Below are positions 18,801 to 28,368 of a stretch of DNA of 64,000 bases, in pieces. How positions within the stretch are numbered: position 1 is the first letter of the stretch; each line of letters begins with the position of its first letter. Source of the DNA: Bacillota bacterium (GTDB taxonomy: Bacteria > Patescibacteriota > Minisyncoccia > Phycocordibacterales > Phycocordibacteraceae). The stretch is from positions 37,653-101,652 of the forward strand of contig JBLNCF010000010.1 in the NCBI GenBank assembly GCA_050260455.1. Reading direction: 5' to 3'. A model generated the notes under the pieces. It searched no databases and was not told the DNA's origin. It worked only from the letters and a program-made list of their open reading frames with translations. The translations under genes and the position numbers were made by a program.

Positions 18801-19222
18801 TTCGAGGCAGGAGTACGTCCAGAAGCTTCAGCATCCTCGACAGTCGCAAACCAGACGCGATTCTCGGGCTTAATGCGATTCGCACTACTACAAGACGGTA
18901 GGTAGTATTTGGTTCCATTTTTAGACGCCACATACTTCCCTGTCGTAGGGGTAACCGTAGTGCCAGCTGGAACAACAGGAATCTTGGGCGCCGTCGCTTC
19001 AGCGACCGCAGGGGCGCTCGCAACCGCAGCCGGGAGTGAGGCCGTGGTGGTAGCGTCCTCTATCCATATGCCTCGGTCCCCCTGCCCCGCCTCCCTACCC
19101 GCAAGTACCCCCAGACCAAACGAGGCTGTGGAAGCGAGCAGCACGACCAGAAGCACCAGAACGTCCTTAGGAATCCCAGAAAGGGCCTGGTTGCTTCGTT
19201 CTCGGAGTTCTGCTATAGTCAT
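18785..19222 (-). CDS. membrane-anchored protein with a C-terminal Ada-Zn-binding-like Cys domain
   Basis: TM helix; C-terminus KYYLPSCSSANRIKPENRVWFATVEDAEASGRTPASNC resembles PF02805. The 5' end overlaps the exonuclease gene. Confidence 0.5.
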   Translation of the reverse strand: MTIAELRERSNQALSGIPKDVLVLLVVLLASTASFGLGVLAGREAGQGDRGIWIEDATTTASLPAAVASAPAVAEATAPKIPVVPAGTTVTPTTGKYVASKNGTKYYLPSCSSANRIKPENRVWFATVEDAEASGRTPASNCPGL

Positions 19223-19243
19223 GAAGTCAATTAAGTATAGCGT

Positions 19244-19522
19244 ATGGCACATACAAAAGCCGGTGGTTCCGCGCGAAACCTAAACACTTCCAATCCGAAA
19301 TACCTCGGCGTTAAGCTCGCTGACGGCCAGGCTGCACGTCCAGGTATGGTCATCGTCCGCCAGCGCGGCACGAAGATCGAGGCTGGTAAGAACGTGAAGG
19401 TGGGTCGCGATCACACCCTCTACTCCATGGTCACGGGCAAGGTCGCCTTCCGCGACATGCGCAAGACTAACTTCGACGGCAAAGTCCGCCGCAAGAAGGT
19501 CGTGGACGTCGTCCCGGCATAA
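19244..19522 (+). CDS. rpmA: 50S ribosomal protein L27
   Basis: MAHTKAGGS...IVRQRGTKIEAGKNVKVGRDHTLYS. Confidence 0.9.
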   Translation: MAHTKAGGSARNLNTSNPKYLGVKLADGQAARPGMVIVRQRGTKIEAGKNVKVGRDHTLYSMVTGKVAFRDMRKTNFDGKVRRKKVVDVVPA

Positions 19523-19527
19523 CAACG

Positions 19528-19560
19528 AGCCGCCTTCGGGCGGCTTTCGTTTTATATTTT
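19528..19560 (+). terminator. rho-independent terminator
   Basis: AGCCGCC-TTCG-GGCGGCT followed by TTCGTTTTATATTTT. Confidence 0.8.
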
Positions 19561-19563
19561 TCC

Positions 19564-19572
19564 TGGTATAAT
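19564..19572 (+). promoter_or_regulatory. extended -10 promoter TGGTATAAT
   Basis: Perfect TATAAT with an upstream TG, 55 nt before the ORF at 19628. Confidence 0.55.
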
Positions 19573-19627
19573 GCAGATAGCTCGGCGGTCATAGGGACCG
19601 CCGTTACCAGTTCTTCCGGGGGGAAAG

Positions 19628-20131
19628 ATGCGTCACATCGCGATACTGTTTGCGGCTCTGGTTTGCGCCTGCGTCACCACCTCGGCTCGTGCCGAGGAAG
19701 CATGGTCGGTGCAGAAATGCACGGACGAATTAACTGCTACCTATGGGCCACCTGAGCAGGTCGCGATCGATTCCATTGCCACCTACGATGGCTGGGATTA
19801 CCGCTTCTTCTCGGGTATGAGTTACGACTATATCTGCCATCAGGCTGAGCTTCACCGCACCGAGCGCGCTGAATTCACCAAACGGCTACAAGCTGAGCAG
19901 GATCTCTCTTCCACCAAGGACGGGACGATTATCCAACTCAAAGACGAGCTCACCGAGAAGAAGAAGTATATTAGCTACCTTGAACGAGCCGAATCACTCT
20001 CGATACTGGGCGGATTGATGGGATCACTCATCATACTTCTTGGGGGCGGATACCTGGCACTCCGTATCATGATGGCTATCTACCGCATCTTCGTCCCCCG
20101 CAAACATGGGAGACTCTGCCGAGGGAAATAA
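19628..20131 (+). CDS. secreted protein with a C-terminal TM anchor, hypothetical
   Basis: Signal peptide (LFAALVCACVTTSARA) and a C-terminal hydrophobic helix. Confidence 0.6.
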   Translation: MRHIAILFAALVCACVTTSARAEEAWSVQKCTDELTATYGPPEQVAIDSIATYDGWDYRFFSGMSYDYICHQAELHRTERAEFTKRLQAEQDLSSTKDGTIIQLKDELTEKKKYISYLERAESLSILGGLMGSLIILLGGGYLALRIMMAIYRIFVPRKHGRLCRGK

Positions 20132-20153
20132 CTGCACCCTCGACTACAAACGA

Positions 20154-20191
20154 AAGAGGCGCGCCCTACCGGACGCGCCTCTTCTTGTTTT
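20154..20191. terminator. bidirectional terminator
   Basis: AGAGGCGCG-CCCTACCGGA-CGCGCCTCT with A/T tracts on both sides. It lies between convergent genes. Confidence 0.7.
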
Positions 20192-20199
20192 CCGTAAGA

Positions 20200-20625
20200 T
20201 TATTCCGCGACGACTTCGACGATAATCTTGCCGAAATCCTCCCCTACCGCTACCGGCACTTCAAATGTACCGAGTTCTTTAATGGACTTCTCAAGACGAA
20301 CCGCGTCCTCGGGAAGCTGAGCTGCGGAAGCGATTTCTGCTGCATCGACACCATCATAGAGATGACCCTGCTCGTTCGCCTTTTTTGTAATGGTCACCTT
20401 CTCTTCAGCCAGAGCGGCAAGGCGCTCGGAGACAAGCTTTGCATCAAGCCCACGACGCTCTGCCATTTGCTTCTGCTTCCCTTCAGCAAGCTTCAGGTTA
20501 GCGGCAGTCGCCGGAACGGCGAGCTTACGAGGAATAAGGAAATTGATGGCGTGACCATCGGAGACTTCAATCACCGAGTGTGCACGGCCGGTATCACGGA
20601 TATCTTTCAGAAGTACGACTTTCAT
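20200..20625 (-). CDS. rplI: 50S ribosomal protein L9
   Basis: MKVVLLKDI...NFLIP...A.PAT N-terminal domain. Confidence 0.85.
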   Translation of the reverse strand: MKVVLLKDIRDTGRAHSVIEVSDGHAINFLIPRKLAVPATAANLKLAEGKQKQMAERRGLDAKLVSERLAALAEEKVTITKKANEQGHLYDGVDAAEIASAAQLPEDAVRLEKSIKELGTFEVPVAVGEDFGKIIVEVVAE

Positions 20626-20724
20626 AGTTCAAGCATCGTACCTCTCGCGTCATTTTGAGGCAAATTGACAGCCTCACTCGGTGCTGGTTACATGCGGACA
20701 GGTCTCTTAGGGAGAAATAGAGAT

Positions 20725-21381
20725 ATGGCACTTTCCCATCATGTTGAGCAACGCGTGACCACGAGCGCGCAGTCCGCCATCGCCCGCATTACCGCTCTGT
20801 CCACCGAGAGAATTCGAGCTTCCCGGCGCGAAAGCCGGCGTGCACGGGCTCACCGCGAAGCTGAAGAAGGGCGCAGGGCCCGAGAGCAAGCCGCGGCGGC
20901 TCTCGAACTACGCAAGCGAATCGAACGGGCGGTCGGTGGGGTGAAGCATCTTCTCGCTTTGGCCGATCGTCCTGAAATCTACAAGCTGCTGAAGGTCGGC
21001 GCGTCAACGGTATCATCCGATCAATTCGGTTTGCCTAGTAACGGCTTCCTTTATTACTCAGCCCTAGATGAGCAGGAATGGGTTGCCATCGTTCTCTATC
21101 GGCGGAGAGTAGTTGTTATCTATGGTGGTCCAGACGCACAGTACGAAGGACACCTTGAATTTGCCGCGTCCGATTCGAAGCAGGCTGTACGCGAGAAACT
21201 CGCTTCGATCGCATCGAACACCAAATACCTGCCGTTCGAAGTCGCGAGACTATTCGACCGGCCGGGCGACAACGGCGAGCTTCCTGTAATTGCATTCCAA
21301 GTACTTGTGGAAGCGAATAGTCAGAACAGTCTTCTGCGGTACTTCAAGGACGCGATTGGCTATATTTCCACTCCTCACTAG
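20725..21381 (+). CDS. hypothetical protein
   Basis: GGGAGAA SD before the ATG at 20725. Arg-rich N-terminal coil with no family call. Confidence 0.5.
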   Translation: MALSHHVEQRVTTSAQSAIARITALSTERIRASRRESRRARAHREAEEGRRAREQAAAALELRKRIERAVGGVKHLLALADRPEIYKLLKVGASTVSSDQFGLPSNGFLYYSALDEQEWVAIVLYRRRVVVIYGGPDAQYEGHLEFAASDSKQAVREKLASIASNTKYLPFEVARLFDRPGDNGELPVIAFQVLVEANSQNSLLRYFKDAIGYISTPH

Positions 21382-21404
21382 TTCTGTCCTCAGCATGTTT
21401 TAGA

Positions 21405-21450
21405 AAAGGGTCTGTCCTCTTTGGACAGACCCTTTGTCGTTATTTTCCTG
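21405..21450 (+). terminator. rho-independent terminator
   Basis: AAAGGGTCTGTCC-TCTTTG-GACAGACCCTTTG followed by TCGTTATTTT. Confidence 0.7.
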
Positions 21451-22717
21451 TCGTCAGGAACTGTATCGCGCGATCCTTCTGCGGATCACGATCGGCAGCC
21501 GCATCATCCTGAGTGCGGTCAACTTTGATATCCGGTGTGAGACCACCATCAGAGATGGAGCGGCCTGCAGGAGTAAGCCAACGCGCAACGGTGATCTTGA
21601 GCGAGCCACCATCAACATCGATGAGCTCCTGCACCGAACCCTTGCCGAATGAGCGTGTACCAATGAGCGTCGCCGCATGTTCATCCTGGAGTGCTCCGGC
21701 AAGAATTTCTGATGCCGATGCAGAGCCCTGATCGATAAGGACTGCAATCTTCGTACCTGCCGGCAGACCACCCTGCCCCGGACTCTTATGCACGATATTG
21801 TCCTGCTTACCCTCGTAGTCTTCTGTCACCACGACCTGACCCTTTGGAAGGAAGAAGCCAGCGATATAGGTTGCCTGATCGAGGTAGCCACCCGGATCAC
21901 CACGAAGATCAACAATGAGCTTGGTTGCTCCGCTCGCACGGAACGCATTGAAAGCTTTCCTGAACTGTGCGCCGCTAGTTTCCGTGAACTGATAGAGCGC
22001 AATGTAGTACACGCCAGTCTTTGCGTCATAGGAGTTCTCGATAGTGGGAACTTCAATCGTGTCACGCGTCACGGAGATTTCCTGCGTTTTCTTGTCGCGG
22101 CCGATGGTGAATGTCACGGTTGTACCCTTCGGCCCACGAATGCGCTTCACCGCCTCATCAGTAGAAAGGCCGTCGGTCGATTTACCGTCGATAGCAAGGA
22201 TGAGATCTCCTGCCCGAATGCCAGCCCGTTCTGCAGGCGTACCCTTCAAAGGTGCAATGACGGTAAGAACGTCGTCGTCGCTAATACCTATCTCCATGCC
22301 AACTCCGCTGAAGTTACCCGTGATGTCCTCCTGGAATGCCTTTGCTTCCTGCGGCGGGAAGAACACCGTGTACGGGTCACCATAGGATGCGGTGAGACCT
22401 TGGATCGCTCCCCATAGCTTTCCCTTCGTATCTGGAATGGTGCTCGACGCATGCGTTTGAACGAACTGGTTATTGAGTACGTTCCATACCTTCCAGAAAT
22501 CGGAAAGATCCGCGTCTGCAGGAGTAGGGTCAAGTCCGTCACCAATCAAGGGAACATGTGCGAAGACTTTGGCGCCGCCAGCGGCACTCACCGTGTAGCC
22601 ACCCAGAAATCCGACCACCAGGACGAAAGCAAACGCGACCGCAAGCTTCGCACTTCGTCCGAACGCAAGTTTGCGCAGCGGGTAGTCAGGCATGTTGTTG
22701 CGCTCGTCGTGCTCCAT
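21440..22717 (-). CDS. ctpA: carboxy-terminal processing protease (S41)
   Basis: PDZ segment plus the S41 core (GVGMEIG..., DLRGDPGGYLD, FGKGSVQE) and an N-terminal anchor. Confidence 0.85.
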   Translation of the reverse strand: MEHDERNNMPDYPLRKLAFGRSAKLAVAFAFVLVVGFLGGYTVSAAGGAKVFAHVPLIGDGLDPTPADADLSDFWKVWNVLNNQFVQTHASSTIPDTKGKLWGAIQGLTASYGDPYTVFFPPQEAKAFQEDITGNFSGVGMEIGISDDDVLTVIAPLKGTPAERAGIRAGDLILAIDGKSTDGLSTDEAVKRIRGPKGTTVTFTIGRDKKTQEISVTRDTIEVPTIENSYDAKTGVYYIALYQFTETSGAQFRKAFNAFRASGATKLIVDLRGDPGGYLDQATYIAGFFLPKGQVVVTEDYEGKQDNIVHKSPGQGGLPAGTKIAVLIDQGSASASEILAGALQDEHAATLIGTRSFGKGSVQELIDVDGGSLKITVARWLTPAGRSISDGGLTPDIKVDRTQDDAAADRDPQKDRAIQFLTTGK

Positions 22718-22774
22718 AGTCGCACCAGTATATCACGCAGGTTCTATCCACTTATTTGCGCTTCATGCGCAACG

Positions 22775-23722
22775 ATGACGCACATTCATTTGTATACTGA
22801 ACGCATGATCACTCGGCACCTTCGTGGCAAAGTCACCTGGATCGATCTCGAGAATCCTTCTCATCAGGAACTCGACGGGGTCATGCGCGAGTTTGGTGTC
22901 GATGAGAGCATTGAAGAAGAGATCATCGCTCCTACTCCCTACCCCATCACTATTTCGTTCCCGAAGTACCAGTACCTCATCCTCCACTTCCCTACCACCT
23001 CGCCTGAAACCGGCGCCCGGGCGCAGGAAATCGATTTCATTGTAGGCAAGAACTTCATCATCACGGTTAGATACGAAGTTATCGAGACCCTCCATAACCT
23101 CCATCGCGTGTTTGAGGCCGAGGAGCTTCTTGGTCTTCCCCATCGGGCTGTTCGTGCCGACGAATTACTTGAGCGCATCATGCGTCGTTTGTATGGCGCC
23201 ATTCGAGAAGATATGGAACACGCTGCGCGCATCATGGAGCGTATTGAGCATGACATGTTCAATGGACGTGAGCGCACGGTCGTGCGTGAGATATCTGATA
23301 TCGGCCGTGTCCTCCTCCGGTTCGAGACCACCCTCGTTCGCCATGAAGAGCCGCTCTCGTCATTCCTTACGAATCTTTCGCAATCGGCTTTCTTCGGAAA
23401 GAATTTCAAGGAAGCAGCCTCCCACATTGAGGCAGAGCGCGAGCATGTGGCAGTGATCGTCGCTTCCTACCGAGCCGCTGCCACCGAACTACGTTCCACC
23501 AACGACTCCATACTTTCGGCGGCACAAAACGAGGTTATGAAGACGCTCACTATCATGGCGTTCGTCACCTTCCCGCTGACCCTTTTGAGCAGTATCTTCG
23601 GTATGAATACCCATTATCTTCCTATTGTGGGCGCTCCCGGCGACTTCTGGGTGATCATTGCGCTCATGGTCTCGGTTGCGGCCGCCCTCTTCCTCTTCTT
23701 CCGTTACAAGAAATGGCTGTAG
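22775..23722 (+). CDS. corA: CorA-family Mg2+/Co2+ transporter
   Basis: C-terminal TM pair with the FGMN (GMN) motif. Start chosen downstream of ctpA; an alternative is 22805. Confidence 0.8.
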   Translation: MTHIHLYTERMITRHLRGKVTWIDLENPSHQELDGVMREFGVDESIEEEIIAPTPYPITISFPKYQYLILHFPTTSPETGARAQEIDFIVGKNFIITVRYEVIETLHNLHRVFEAEELLGLPHRAVRADELLERIMRRLYGAIREDMEHAARIMERIEHDMFNGRERTVVREISDIGRVLLRFETTLVRHEEPLSSFLTNLSQSAFFGKNFKEAASHIEAEREHVAVIVASYRAAATELRSTNDSILSAAQNEVMKTLTIMAFVTFPLTLLSSIFGMNTHYLPIVGAPGDFWVIIALMVSVAAALFLFFRYKKWL

Positions 23723-23737
23723 TACAGTAATCGGCAT

Positions 23738-25183
23738 ATGTGGCCGTTCCGCAAAACGACATCGGCAGCGAGCGCAGCACCGATTTTCTTCACCAATACC
23801 CTTACGGATAAGAAGGAATTGTTTGCGCCCCATAAGCCGGGAGTCGTATCCATGTATTCCTGCGGCCCCACCGTCTATGGCCCCCAGCACATCGGGAATC
23901 TCCGTGCTGCTCTCTTTGCTGACACGGTGGCGCGTGTACTCATTGCTGCTGGCTATCATGTCCGGCGTGTCATTAACATCACTGATGTCGGCCACTTGGT
24001 TGGCGACTCTGACGAAGGAGCCGAGGACAAGATGGCGGTAGGAGCTACCCGAGAACATACGACACCGGAGGTGATCGCGGAACGCTATACGAAGCAATAC
24101 CTCACTGACATACAGGCACTTAACATCGACACTGCGCACATACTTTTCCCGCGCGCCACCGAATACATCACCGAGCAGATCGCGATGGTGAAAGCACTCG
24201 AGGAGAAGGGATATGCCTACCGAGCCGATGATGGGGTTTATTTCGATACCTCTCGCTTCCCCGACTATGGCAAGTTAGGCGGCGTGGCTGAAGTGAAGCT
24301 CATGGGCGGTGCTCGCGTGAAAATGGAAGGGGGAAAGCGTAACCTTCATGACTTCGCACTGTGGCGCAAAGCGAAGCCCGGCGACCTCCAGCAGTGGCAG
24401 TCTCCCTGGGGACCGGGTAATCCTGGATGGCATATCGAATGTTCCGCTATGATCCGCACCCTTCTTGGCCCGGAGATCGATATTCATACCGGCGGCATGG
24501 ATCACATCCCGGTCCATCACAACAACGAGATCGCACAGTCAGAAGCAGCAAATGGTAAACCGCTTGCACGCTACTGGCTCCATGAGGCATTCATCACCAT
24601 CGATGGCGAGAAGATATCCAAGTCGCTTCAGAATGAAGTGCTCCTCTCTGACATCGTTGAACGTGGCTATCATCCTCTCTCGCTCCGCTACTTCTATTAC
24701 CAAGCGAACTTCCGTACACCCATTACCTTCACCTGGGAGGCAATCGCAGGTGCTCATGAAGCTCTGATGCGTCTCTGGCGATTGGCCTCCGAGGTTATTG
24801 AGGAATCAAAAGGGAAAACCGCCTCATCGGATGCAGAGCGCCGCATGATCGCTATCCTGCGAGACGATCTCGCGACCCCTGCGGCCATAGCTCTTCTTTG
24901 GGAAACGCTTCGGGACGAGGATCTCTCATTTTCCCAGAAGCATGGCGTGCTCACAGCAGCAGATGCAGTGCTCGGTCTTTCGCTTCTCACCCCACCCGCC
25001 ATACAAGGTCCCGTAGCTACCGAAGACCTGCCTACAGAGATCCAGGAGCTTATTCTGCGCCGTGATGAGGCACGTGCCGCACGCGAATACGCAGCTGCTG
25101 ACGAATTACGCAACGAGCTCGAATTCCGGGGATATCGTGTGGACGACGGGCCTCACGGGACGGTAGTCACGCCCCTCCCCTAG
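23738..25183 (+). CDS. cysS: cysteinyl-tRNA synthetase
   Basis: MYSCGPTVYGPQHIGN (HIGH) and KISKSL (KMSKS) motifs. Confidence 0.9.
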   Translation: MWPFRKTTSAASAAPIFFTNTLTDKKELFAPHKPGVVSMYSCGPTVYGPQHIGNLRAALFADTVARVLIAAGYHVRRVINITDVGHLVGDSDEGAEDKMAVGATREHTTPEVIAERYTKQYLTDIQALNIDTAHILFPRATEYITEQIAMVKALEEKGYAYRADDGVYFDTSRFPDYGKLGGVAEVKLMGGARVKMEGGKRNLHDFALWRKAKPGDLQQWQSPWGPGNPGWHIECSAMIRTLLGPEIDIHTGGMDHIPVHHNNEIAQSEAANGKPLARYWLHEAFITIDGEKISKSLQNEVLLSDIVERGYHPLSLRYFYYQANFRTPITFTWEAIAGAHEALMRLWRLASEVIEESKGKTASSDAERRMIAILRDDLATPAAIALLWETLRDEDLSFSQKHGVLTAADAVLGLSLLTPPAIQGPVATEDLPTEIQELILRRDEARAAREYAAADELRNELEFRGYRVDDGPHGTVVTPLP

Positions 25184-25200
25184 TTGGTACAATTGGCCTT

Positions 25201-26562
25201 ATGGCCGACTCCATAGATCGCGTACCGCCGCAGAGCCTCGAATCCGAGCGCGCTCTTCTCGGCGCCCTCCTCCTCAAACCAGAAGCGATTCACGATGTCG
25301 CTGACACCATTAAGCCCGAATCGTTTTATGCAGAGAAGCACCGCATCATCTACGAAGGTATGCGTGAGCTCTCGGATCGCGGCGAACCTATCGATATCCT
25401 TACCCTTTCGGAACGTCTGACCGCCAACGGTACCTTGGAGCGCATCGGCGGTCGCGCATACATCGCCGAACTCGCTGGCTCGGCACCGGCACCGGGTAAC
25501 TACGCCCACTACGCTGACCTGGTCGCGCGCAAACATATCATGCGGGCACTCATTGATGCGTCATATGACATTACCGAGTCTGCATACGACGAATCGAATG
25601 ACGTCACGCATCTTTTGGACGAAGCTGAAAAGAAGATCATGGCGATCGGAAACGCATCGGCCTCGCACAAGTTCCAGCCGCTCAAAGATGCGTTCGGTGA
25701 TGTAGTGGACTTCATCGACTCCCTATCGAATAAGGAGGATGCGACCCGCGGAGTGCCCACCGGTTTTAAAGAGCTCGACAATCTCCTGTCTGGCCTCCAC
25801 CCGTCAGATCTCATCATTCTCGCCGCTCGCCCGTCGGTCGGTAAGACATCCCTTGCGCTTAACATCGCCCGGCATGCGGCGGTAGATAAGGGCATCCCGG
25901 TCGGTATCTTCTCGCTCGAAATGAGCGCCGAGCAGCTGCGCGACCGTCTCCTCTCTTCCGAGGCAGGTATCGATTCTTGGAACCTACGTACCAAGCGCAT
26001 CAAGGATTCCGATGATTACAGCCGTATTCGTGATGCAGTGGATCGTCTCTCCAAGGCTCCTATCTATATCGATGACAAGCCGGCCAATAACATCCTTTCC
26101 ATGCGCGCAGTCGCACGCCGTTTGAAACGTGAAGCAGGAGTTGGTCTCATTATCGTCGACTACCTCCAGCTCATGGCTCCGACGAATACAAAGGCATCAG
26201 ACTCCATGGTGCAACAGGTTACCGAGATCTCTCGCTCATTGAAATCGCTTGCGCGCGAACTTGATGTCCCCGTGCTCGCCCTCTCGCAGCTCTCGCGCGC
26301 CGTCGAACAACGTGGCGGTAAGCCTCGTCTCTCTGACCTTCGTGACTCGGGCTCCATCGAGCAGGACGCGGACGTAGTGATGTTCATCCACCGCGACGAT
26401 AAGGCAGCGGAGAACGGCCAGCCCAACATCACGGAGATCCTTATCGAGAAGCATCGTAATGGTCCTACCGGCAAGGCCACGCTCTTCTTCCAGAAGAATC
26501 AGACCGCCTTCCAGTCGATGGATACGTCAGGCTATGGCGATCTTGCCGAGGAGTTCGTATGA
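25201..26562 (+). CDS. dnaB: replicative DNA helicase
   Basis: N-terminal DnaB domain and the Walker A motif ARPSVGKTS. Confidence 0.9.
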   Translation: MADSIDRVPPQSLESERALLGALLLKPEAIHDVADTIKPESFYAEKHRIIYEGMRELSDRGEPIDILTLSERLTANGTLERIGGRAYIAELAGSAPAPGNYAHYADLVARKHIMRALIDASYDITESAYDESNDVTHLLDEAEKKIMAIGNASASHKFQPLKDAFGDVVDFIDSLSNKEDATRGVPTGFKELDNLLSGLHPSDLIILAARPSVGKTSLALNIARHAAVDKGIPVGIFSLEMSAEQLRDRLLSSEAGIDSWNLRTKRIKDSDDYSRIRDAVDRLSKAPIYIDDKPANNILSMRAVARRLKREAGVGLIIVDYLQLMAPTNTKASDSMVQQVTEISRSLKSLARELDVPVLALSQLSRAVEQRGGKPRLSDLRDSGSIEQDADVVMFIHRDDKAAENGQPNITEILIEKHRNGPTGKATLFFQKNQTAFQSMDTSGYGDLAEEFV

Positions 26563-26810
26563 AGCGAGCGGTAATCGAGTGGCTGGGGTGGTACGGCGTG
26601 GTGGCCACCATTCTTGCGTATGCTCTCCTTAGCTTCGGTGCATTAAGTGGCACGAGTCTCTGGTATCAGGGCCTTAACTTCACCGGCGCAGTCGGTGTCA
26701 CGATTGAGACCTGGGTACGCCGTGACTACCAGCCCTTCTGGCTGAATCTAGTATGGGCAGCTATCGCACTTATTGCGATCGCAAACATACTGCTCCACCT
26801 TTCCGTATGA
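26559..26810 (+). CDS. small 3-TM membrane protein, hypothetical
   Basis: ATGA overlaps link it to dnaB upstream and recR downstream. Confidence 0.5.
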   Translation: MKRAVIEWLGWYGVVATILAYALLSFGALSGTSLWYQGLNFTGAVGVTIETWVRRDYQPFWLNLVWAAIALIAIANILLHLSV

Positions 26811-27412
26811 ACGATCGCATTGAGGAGCTCACGCGCGCCTTCGAGCGTTTTCCAGGAATTGGCCCGCGCCAGGCCCGTCGCTTTGTGTACTACCTTCTTG
26901 CCGTGCCACCCGCAGAACGTTCGCGCCTTTCGGATCTCATCGTGAAGCTGGGCAACGATATCCGCCAGTGTTCCCTCTGCATGCGCTTTGCACCCACCAA
27001 CAGTGATGGGTTGTGTAATTACTGCGCTGATCCCTCACGTGACGATAGCCTTCTCATGCTGGTGGAGAAAGATCAGGACTTGGCTGCGGTAGAACGTGCA
27101 AACGCCTACAAGGGCCGCTACTTCGTGCTCGGCGGTGTACTCACTCTCACCGGCAAGGGTGCCATCCGTGAACGAGATCTTGTGCGAGTGGTTGAAGCGC
27201 GTGCCAAGCAAGGACTCTCTGAAATCGTGCTCGCACTCTCGGCGACAAACGAAGGAGAGCACACGGCGGACCGGGTGCGAGAGCTTCTGCGTCCACTCCG
27301 TGGCGCCTTGCGAATCACCCAGCTTGGTCGTGGACTTGCGACTGGTTCCGAGCTTGAATATTCGGATCCGCAGACACTCTCGAGCGCGCTTCAGAATCGT
27401 AAAGAAACATAA
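26807..27412 (+). CDS. recR: recombination protein RecR
   Basis: FPGIGPRQARR helix-hairpin-helix, a C4 zinc finger (CSLC...CNYC) and a Toprim domain. Confidence 0.9.
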   Translation: MNDRIEELTRAFERFPGIGPRQARRFVYYLLAVPPAERSRLSDLIVKLGNDIRQCSLCMRFAPTNSDGLCNYCADPSRDDSLLMLVEKDQDLAAVERANAYKGRYFVLGGVLTLTGKGAIRERDLVRVVEARAKQGLSEIVLALSATNEGEHTADRVRELLRPLRGALRITQLGRGLATGSELEYSDPQTLSSALQNRKET

Positions 27413-27414
27413 GT

Positions 27415-27567
27415 ATGGCTATCAAACCCACCTGCGATGCGTGCAAGAAGGAATTGAAAGAATTCGGTGGCATTCTGCTTTCCCCTCCTGATAAGACTGG
27501 CAAGGTTCGGAAATTCCACCTGTGTGTTCCGTGCTACACACACATCGCCAAGGAAATAAGGAAATGA
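27415..27567 (+). CDS. 50-aa zinc-ribbon protein (CxxC-x24-CxxC), absent from the ORF track
   Basis: ATG lies 3 nt after the recR stop and encodes MAIKPTCDACKKELKEFGGILLSPPDKTGKVRKFHLCVPCYTHIAKEIRK. Confidence 0.45.
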   Translation: MAIKPTCDACKKELKEFGGILLSPPDKTGKVRKFHLCVPCYTHIAKEIRK

Positions 27568-27605
27568 AAGCACCCGGGACCTTCGTCCCGGGCTTCCATG
27601 TGGAA

Positions 27606-27857
27606 TTAGTGGTGTGCCTTGCTCCATCCCGCTTGCTGCAGGTCGTCGGCTGTCACGTCCTGCGGCAGGCGGAATTCGATGACGTTGTTCGTCGTATCGA
27701 CCGTTTCAATCTGTAGCCAGATCACCTTCCCTTTCAAGTCGAAGCGGAGCTGTTGCCGCGGCACTGGCACGCTAAGCCGCTTGGTCTTGGTTTCGTAGAT
27801 GTCATAGCCGTGCGAGTGCGGGACGCGAGCACGGCAGTCAAATACCTTCACGCGCAT
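27606..27857 (-). CDS. hypothetical protein
   Basis: 83-aa ORF with mixed composition; no homolog recognised. Confidence 0.3.
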   Translation of the reverse strand: MRVKVFDCRARVPHSHGYDIYETKTKRLSVPVPRQQLRFDLKGKVIWLQIETVDTTNNVIEFRLPQDVTADDLQQAGWSKAHH

Positions 27858-27910
27858 GCGACCCTCCCGTTGTGGCCCCGGGTAGAGGCTACGCTTCCTA
27901 CCAGGAATGT

Positions 27911-27936
27911 CAAAACCCGCCGGAGGGCGGGTTTTG
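27911..27936. terminator. bidirectional terminator downstream of rplU
   Basis: AAAACCCGCC-GGAG-GGCGGGTTTT. Confidence 0.8.
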
Positions 27937-27940
27937 GAGC

Positions 27941-28282
27941 TTAGGCGATCTTGTCGATCTTGACCTTTACGTACGGCTGGCGATGTCCGCGACGCTTCAA
28001 GTAGTTGCTCTTGGCCTTGTACTTCACCACCTCCACCTTCTGGGCACGGCCGACCGAGTAGACGGTGGCGGTCACCTTAGCACCCTTCACGAGCGGAGTG
28101 CCGATGTTAGTGGTCGAGCCATCGTCCGTGAGGAGTACCTCCTCAAACGTAACCGCATCGCCCTTCTTAAGGTCTTTAGTAGCAGCACCGCGGCCAAGCT
28201 TCTCGATGGTAACGAGATCGCCCGGAGCGACCACGTACTGCTTCCCGCCGGTCTTTATGACGGCATATTCCATATAGGCCAT
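27941..28282 (-). CDS. rplU: 50S ribosomal protein L21
   Basis: YAVIKTGGKQY... Confidence 0.9.
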   Translation of the reverse strand: MAYMEYAVIKTGGKQYVVAPGDLVTIEKLGRGAATKDLKKGDAVTFEEVLLTDDGSTTNIGTPLVKGAKVTATVYSVGRAQKVEVVKYKAKSNYLKRRGHRQPYVKVKIDKIA

Positions 28283-28368
28283 ATAGTACGGGTTTAGGCC
28301 CTAAAAAGCAAGCGGGCCGCTCGGAATGATCCGGGCGGCCCAATGAGACTGCTGGCCCAAGGTTTGAC

